Shown here: piece by piece, positions 27,445 to 32,829 of the stretch | How the letters are laid out: the number at the start of each line of letters is the position of its first letter | Position numbering within the stretch: the first letter of the stretch is position 1 | From: Promethearchaeota archaeon | GTDB lineage: Archaea > Asgardarchaeota > Lokiarchaeia > Sigyniarchaeales > SOKP01 | Reading direction: 5' to 3' | DNA length: 32,829 nt | Assembly: GCA_048940445.1 (NCBI GenBank) | Contig: JBHLON010000035.1 | Coordinates: 1-32,829, forward strand | Made by a program: the position numbers and the translations under genes | Notes under the pieces: model-generated | What the model saw: only the letters and a program-made list of their open reading frames with translations | Told to the model about the DNA's origin: nothing | Databases searched by the model: none

Positions 27445-28598
27445 ATTACTTCGTCAGCTGACTTTCTACTTATTTTTCTTATTAACCATTCAATATTATA
27501 CTTCATTTCAATTTTTTTTTCCCATAAATAGATGAGAAATCCAATCATAAGAAAATAAGTCAATGAAATTGGGATATAAATATAATAAATTAATAATTGA
27601 TTGAATAATGGCAAAAAGAGCCATTGAAAAAATAGTAACGTTATAGCACTTCTCCCAAAAATTATCAAAATTTTTGATATTCTAGTTTCTTTTTTTTTAA
27701 TTTGTATAAAGTAGAAACTTAGACCGATTATCAATAAAGATATTCCTATCATAAAAAAGATATTTTGAATAGTTCCTTTTATCAGAGCTTCTGGTATGCC
27801 TGGAATATAAGTAATAGTAGTTCCTCTTAATATGGGTAGGCTATCGGTGAAGGGATATTTCATTGGATTATAGCTGAAGGGTTCGACAAAAGGGAGAAAC
27901 TGTATAGTAGAATAAATAAAACTTACAATAATGAAAATGAAAGCATACTTTATACTAGAGTATGTCGATTCTAATGTTGCTTTATCTGATTCTAAGATTA
28001 AAGCATCGTAGATTAATTCGGAAAAAATTGTTGAAAAAAACCATAATGAAGCGAATGGTAATAATGGAAAAATTGGAGTAGAAGATACTAAAATAAAATG
28101 CAAAATATAGACTACCATATTGCTTTCCTTCCAGATAAATAAAAATTCTCTGATATATGGCGTAATTAATATTATTATCAAACCGATTACAATTCTTGAC
28201 CACCTTGCTAATTTAAACGTATAATAACAGATAAATTGACCAATCCCAACGAAAATCAGTATATTCCAACCCCAAACTACGAAAGAATTATGCTCAACAT
28301 AATTAAAAATTAAATTATATGCAATACCTAGTAATATCAAGAGAAGAGATTGTTTAAACAATTTATTCCGGTTTTCTCTATCGGGAAAACATCCCATCTT
28401 CTTTTTTAAAGTAAATATTACCGAAAATGATAATATAAAAATCAATAGAGAGGAACCAAATATCTCTAATAGTGTTATTAATACACTGAATAAATAAGAG
28501 TATTCATAACTATACATCCAATAATTTATTGTATTTGAAAGTAAGATACAAATAATTGCGATCCCTTTACTTAACTCAATACTATTAAAACTCTTCAA
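27441..28598 (-). CDS. DUF1624 / heparan-alpha-glucosaminide N-acetyltransferase-like membrane protein (divergent)
   Basis: 'SIELSKGIAI' (cf. 'slD..RG.A'), 'WNILIFVG', 'FPLLPF', 'GRSAIT', C-terminal 'IEWL'; multi-TM. Confidence 0.7.
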   Translation of the reverse strand: MKSFNSIELSKGIAIICILLSNTINYWMYSYEYSYLFSVLITLLEIFGSSLLIFILSFSVIFTLKKKMGCFPDRENRNKLFKQSLLLILLGIAYNLIFNYVEHNSFVVWGWNILIFVGIGQFICYYTFKLARWSRIVIGLIIILITPYIREFLFIWKESNMVVYILHFILVSSTPIFPLLPFASLWFFSTIFSELIYDALILESDKATLESTYSSIKYAFIFIIVSFIYSTIQFLPFVEPFSYNPMKYPFTDSLPILRGTTITYIPGIPEALIKGTIQNIFFMIGISLLIIGLSFYFIQIKKKETRISKILIIFGRSAITLLFFQWLFLPLFNQLLIYYIYIPISLTYFLMIGFLIYLWEKKIEMKYNIEWLIRKISRKSADEVI

Positions 28599-28618
28599 AA
28601 GATTCGCTCCTCAAACCC

Positions 28619-29263
28619 TTATTTTCTATTAATTTCAAAATCTTCACATTTATAAATTTTAGTGTCAAATTCTTCAAATCCTAATGATTTGATAAAATTA
28701 TACGAAATTTTATTATCCTTATAAACCTCACATCTAAGCTCCTTGATTCCTTTGTTCTTAAAATAATTCCATGCTGCCATTCCTATAACAGTCCCCAACC
28801 CTTTACGTTGAAATCTTGTAAGTACTCCTAATCCGGCAATGATTCCATATTCATTACTAGGGCCCTCAAAGTCAAGAATGACAAATCCAGCATCAATACC
28901 ATATACCTTAGCAATTAAGATTTTAATTTCAGGATATTGAAATAAACTTTTCAAAGATTCAAGAGATAAGGGAGAAAATGGTTCATTTGAAGTCATCCAT
29001 GCTCTATTATGGAGAGTAACAACGCTTTCTAAGTCATTTTTTGATGCTTCGCGGATTTTAGCTTTAAGGATATTTCGTTCTACCTTTTCTTTTATTTTAT
29101 TTTCAAATTCAGGAGTAATTTTTTCAATTGGTAATCTCATCTGTATATATTCTAATCCTTCTCTATTCAATTCATCCTCTAAATCTTCTTTACATGCATT
29201 TTCTTTATCTGAAGCTAAAAATAAGCTTCTTATTTTTCTTTTTTTAAAACTTATTTTTGACAT
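28619..29263 (-). CDS. GNAT family N-acetyltransferase
   Basis: 'IREAS..DL', acetyl-CoA motif 'LGVLTRFQRKGLG', 'N..S..F..SLGF'. Confidence 0.9.
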   Translation of the reverse strand: MSKISFKKRKIRSLFLASDKENACKEDLEDELNREGLEYIQMRLPIEKITPEFENKIKEKVERNILKAKIREASKNDLESVVTLHNRAWMTSNEPFSPLSLESLKSLFQYPEIKILIAKVYGIDAGFVILDFEGPSNEYGIIAGLGVLTRFQRKGLGTVIGMAAWNYFKNKGIKELRCEVYKDNKISYNFIKSLGFEEFDTKIYKCEDFEINRK

Positions 29264-29323
29264 GAATTGTTCTAAAGAAAATGATTAATTTGCTTAAATA
29301 AAAATTCATATTTTAAAAAAATT

Positions 29324-30013
29324 TTATGTGTTTTCTAATTCAAAATCTTCTTTTCGATAAGCTTTTTCCCCATATGTTTCAAAATTAAGACTTTTTATAA
29401 AATTGAAGGATTTTTTATTTCCTTCATAAACTTCACATCTAAGCTCTTTAACACCTTTATTTTTAAAATATTCCCATGCTGCCAAACCTAACACAGTTCC
29501 TAAGCCTTTTCTTTGAAATCGAGGTAACACTCCCAATCCCGCAATAATACCATATTCATTATGTTCGCCTTCGAAGTCAAGAATAACAAAAGCTCCATCT
29601 ATTCCATACACTCTTGCAATCAAAAATGCAGTAGTTGAATCAGCAAAGATTTTTTTCATGGTCTCTCGCGCTATAGGTCTAAACGGAGTATTTGCAGTTA
29701 ACCAGGATTTATTGTAAATGTCAACAATCGTTTGTAAATCTTTCTCTGTAGCCACTCTAATATTTGCGCGATAAATATTATGTTCAATTTTTACTTTTAA
29801 TTGGTCTTCAAAGCTTTTTGTTATTTTGTCTACTGGTAATCTCATCTGAAAATATACCATCCCTTCTTCAAGAATTTGTTTTTCAAGGTCACTTGCTGTA
29901 CCTTTTTGTTTATCTTTCTCAATACTTAAAAAAAGAGATCTTAAAAATTTCCTTTTTAATAACACTTTTTTACTGAATTTTATTCCTTGAGGAGGCATAA
30001 TCTTAGAAATCAC
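29324..30013 (-). CDS. GNAT family N-acetyltransferase (tandem paralog)
   Basis: 'LGVLPRFQRKGLG', 'ELRCEVY..N..S'; clearly paralogous to 28619-29263. Confidence 0.9.
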   Translation of the reverse strand: MISKIMPPQGIKFSKKVLLKRKFLRSLFLSIEKDKQKGTASDLEKQILEEGMVYFQMRLPVDKITKSFEDQLKVKIEHNIYRANIRVATEKDLQTIVDIYNKSWLTANTPFRPIARETMKKIFADSTTAFLIARVYGIDGAFVILDFEGEHNEYGIIAGLGVLPRFQRKGLGTVLGLAAWEYFKNKGVKELRCEVYEGNKKSFNFIKSLNFETYGEKAYRKEDFELENT

Positions 30014-30016
30014 AGA

Positions 30017-31648
30017 TTAACCAAATAGTTCAAGTTTTTCTCTTATTTTATTCTCTATCAGATTATCTATAATACTTTTTTCCCTTAAAATTGAAATACC
30101 TTGTTGGACCTTTTTTATAAAACTTTTATCTTTAAGGAGATTTTTATTTTCGCATGAAAATTCAAAATTAGATCTTAATGCCATATCAATTTCAATCTTT
30201 TCTAAAACAACAGCATTCAATTCTTTCATTGCATCTGATAATTCTGTGTACAAATTTGGGGTGTCTTTTTTAACATTACCTGGAAAAAGAAATTTAAAAT
30301 TTTCTCCATTAGTCTTTGTATTTTCAATAAGTATTCCATATAATGGCATATAAACCCATTGAATTGGTCTAGTAAATAATTCTGCCTGACCATCACTCAA
30401 TGACCATGCAATTAAATCTTTAGTCTCCTGTAAACATATCCCTTGCTTTTTTTGAATTAACGTTTTCAAATCTAAAAATAAATTTTCAACTTTAGTTTTT
30501 AAATTCATAATTTCGGAAATCTTCTCTTCTTTTTCTTTCTCGAAAGCTATCAAATGTATGTCTCTGTCTCTTAACTTTGCTTTTAAACCTTCTGAAAAAT
30601 TTTCTAATTTTTTCCTTGCTTCTTCGTTGATTTGATTAGTACGTTCTTTTAGCTCCATATATTTAGCAGTTAAAGAATTAATATCTTCCAAAAATCTTTT
30701 TCCTTGATCTAATAAAAAACCAAAATGATTTTCAAACGCTTCTGTGATATCTTCAAAAACCCTCGTTTTTAAAGTGTCTGTATTAGTAAAAAATTTGTTC
30801 TTTTTAATTATTTCTTCAAGTTGCCTTTCAACAGTTTTAAATAAAACCGATATATTTTCAATAACAGTTTTCTTTTCATTAACCTTCCATTGGTCAATTA
30901 CATCGCTCTCTAAAGCGATTTGTTCTTTAATTTGATTAGAATCTATTATTTGAGAAGTTTTACTTATCTGTGATGTAATTCTAGTCTCAAGATCTTTTAG
31001 TTTAACGTTTAAATTTATTAACCATTTTTCAACTTCTTTCTCAATGAGCCCTATTTGAGAATTCCATCTGTATGCATTACCTTTCATATATTCTATCAAA
31101 TTTCTGTATTTCTCTGCTACATTCAAAGCTTCTTCTGTAGAAAGTCCATAATCTAATGGCATATAATCTGAAACTGGTCTATATTCTACTAGATTAATAA
31201 GTTGTACTAATGACTGAAGAAAATCTGGATTAACTAAACCATCTATTTGAAGTTCTTGAAATTCTGATTCTTCACCTTTTCCAATCTCTTCTGCTTCCAT
31301 GTCTTTATACGTTAGAACTTCTTTTATTTTAGTTAATTGTTCAATCTCGCTTCTATTATCAATGTTTCTTAAAATGTGTCCAATCAAAGGTTGACGCGGT
31401 GGATTTGTCAGTTTTCCTCTTTTATTAAATATGTTAATCCCATCTAAAATGATATGAGTCCCTATTACTCCTTGAATACATAAAAATGGCCATAATAATC
31501 TTGAAAAGGAAAGAACTTTCTCATAAGGCTGTAGATCTTTAGATAATAGATAAAATGCTAAAACTACCTCATCATTTTCTTTAATTGGAGCTATAGTCGA
31601 GGGTGTATTAAATAGTGGTAAAATATATTGATTCCCGTGAATCGACAT
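30017..31648 (-). CDS. Hypothetical protein with a long central coiled coil
   Basis: 543 aa; E/K/L-rich heptads over roughly residues 170-410, flanked by globular segments ('LLWPF', 'VYMPLY'). Confidence 0.75.
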   Translation of the reverse strand: MSIHGNQYILPLFNTPSTIAPIKENDEVVLAFYLLSKDLQPYEKVLSFSRLLWPFLCIQGVIGTHIILDGINIFNKRGKLTNPPRQPLIGHILRNIDNRSEIEQLTKIKEVLTYKDMEAEEIGKGEESEFQELQIDGLVNPDFLQSLVQLINLVEYRPVSDYMPLDYGLSTEEALNVAEKYRNLIEYMKGNAYRWNSQIGLIEKEVEKWLINLNVKLKDLETRITSQISKTSQIIDSNQIKEQIALESDVIDQWKVNEKKTVIENISVLFKTVERQLEEIIKKNKFFTNTDTLKTRVFEDITEAFENHFGFLLDQGKRFLEDINSLTAKYMELKERTNQINEEARKKLENFSEGLKAKLRDRDIHLIAFEKEKEEKISEIMNLKTKVENLFLDLKTLIQKKQGICLQETKDLIAWSLSDGQAELFTRPIQWVYMPLYGILIENTKTNGENFKFLFPGNVKKDTPNLYTELSDAMKELNAVVLEKIEIDMALRSNFEFSCENKNLLKDKSFIKKVQQGISILREKSIIDNLIENKIREKLELFG

Positions 31649-31751
31649 AAAATAAGCCTCTTGAATTATATTTATAATTATTTAATAATACAAGTTAACA
31701 ATACCTAGTTAATTATTGCTAAAAATTTTATTTTTTTAGAAAAAATGAATT

Positions 31752-32609
31752 TTATCTTAATTGTTCATAATTATTTGCTATAACGATAATTAGCAAGGAA
31801 AGTAAAATTAAAAGCGGAGGTAAGATTGCCCTTACATGATACCATTGAAACGTATCCAAAACACCCTGAAGTATTCGGCCAATAAAATAAATAAGAAATC
31901 CAATGGCATTTAATGCATAAGATCTCCTTAGAACTCCATAAGTTCTGATTGCAAGATTAATGAATAAAAATGGAATGATAGCTACAAATAAAGGTAATAA
32001 AATGAAATTTAATACGGCTCTTCCTGCAGGATATCCAAAAATTGTGATTAAACTGTTAGGATCAACCGCTGGAGAATATCTATCTACGAAATCAGGGTCC
32101 ATAAAAAGTGAATCTGGCAAAGTTAAAGCTAGTATACCAATAATTATTGGAACTATTATTAGTAAAATTTTAAAAAAAACTCTCACTGATTTATCTTCCG
32201 TAAATCTCTTAAAATTTGTCTTAGACCCACTTCTTTCACTAGATTCTTCTAATTCAGTTATTGGAGGAAAGATTAGAATCCCAAATACCCCCATTAAGCT
32301 TGCGATTCCTAACCATGTTGAAAAAGTTGCTAAACGATATTCTAGCATTAAAATATTTACAAGTTCTGCATTACTTATAGAACTATATAGTTCAGGAGCA
32401 TAAAAATAATAAATTATAAAAAAGACTCGTCCACCTGCTAAACATAAAAATAATATCGAAAAATATAACCAATAATATTTTTTCGAGGTTCTAAACCTCA
32501 TCAGTAGAAAATAAGCAAAAATTAGAAAATAATATCCTACTATTACATAATATAATCCCGATTCAATTGCATCCCAGATATCAAAAAATTGGAAATCTTG
32601 AAATATCAT
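31752..32609 (-). CDS. Hypothetical ~7-TM membrane protein
   Basis: 285 aa with about seven hydrophobic segments; 'GRVFF' and 'GR' in helices. Confidence 0.75.
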   Translation of the reverse strand: MIFQDFQFFDIWDAIESGLYYVIVGYYFLIFAYFLLMRFRTSKKYYWLYFSILFLCLAGGRVFFIIYYFYAPELYSSISNAELVNILMLEYRLATFSTWLGIASLMGVFGILIFPPITELEESSERSGSKTNFKRFTEDKSVRVFFKILLIIVPIIIGILALTLPDSLFMDPDFVDRYSPAVDPNSLITIFGYPAGRAVLNFILLPLFVAIIPFLFINLAIRTYGVLRRSYALNAIGFLIYFIGRILQGVLDTFQWYHVRAILPPLLILLSLLIIVIANNYEQLR

Positions 32610-32829
32610 AATTATCTGTAATAATTATTTTGTAATTTCAATTTAAATGATAATAATACTATCGTTTAGTTATATAAAAATTTATATTATTAGAATAGAT
32701 ATCTTGAATTCTGAAAATACAAATATCATTAAAAATTTCTAAAACTAATAACTGAGAAAATAGAGATAAAATGAAAATTGATGATAATATCGAGACTTTT
32801 AATTCATTATTAAAACGAAGAGGATTTAT

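Noticed and set aside
30017-31648. SMC/Rad50 ATPase
   Set aside because: No Walker A/B or ABC signature motifs.
3278-32403. Short ORFs overlapping longer genes on the opposite strand or in another frame (e.g. 3278-3493, 4307-4516, 7415-7639, 8897-9109, 13047-13391, 14514-14801, 31960-32403)
   Set aside because: They are shadows of well-supported genes, with no motifs or independent signals.
31752-32609. Rhodopsin or GPCR-like protein
   Set aside because: There is no retinal-binding Lys in the last helix and no diagnostic motifs; only the TM count is similar.
1-32829. CRISPR array, tRNA/rRNA genes, IS transposase or integrase
   Set aside because: No regularly spaced short repeats, GC-rich structured RNA segments or recombinase motifs were seen by eye.

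Overview
AT-rich archaeal-type DNA with TATA-like promoters, oligo-T terminators and GGTGA-like ribosome-binding sites. The gene families and style suggest Asgard archaea (Lokiarchaeia-like); this is an inference. The window has two parts. (1) An accessory/conflict island at ~1-11,650. It begins with the 3' end of a large membrane/surface protein gene, then a small membrane gene, then a start-less ~900-bp duplicate of that gene's conserved segment fused to a different hydrophobic C-terminus, which is a polymorphic-toxin-like cassette layout. Further orphan membrane genes and a truncated LAGLIDADG endonuclease follow. The island ends with a six-gene convergent locus, TIR - Cys-rich DUF4417/TGT-like - TIR - TIR >< SLOG(cluster 3) - long TIR. 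This looks like a Thoeris-related signalling defence system with no recognisable canonical effector. (2) Core/metabolic genes at ~11,690-32,829: two thiolase-fold proteins lacking the catalytic Cys, a DUF35 protein, two divergent beta-keto acid cleavage enzymes, an acyl-CoA dehydrogenase, a YprB-like nuclease, a PfkB kinase, an FAD glycerol-3-phosphate dehydrogenase, the AmrS radical SAM enzyme, TPR proteins, a DUF1624-like membrane protein, tandem GNATs, and coiled-coil and multi-TM hypotheticals. I saw no rRNA, tRNA or CRISPR array. All family calls come from motif recognition by eye; no searches were run.
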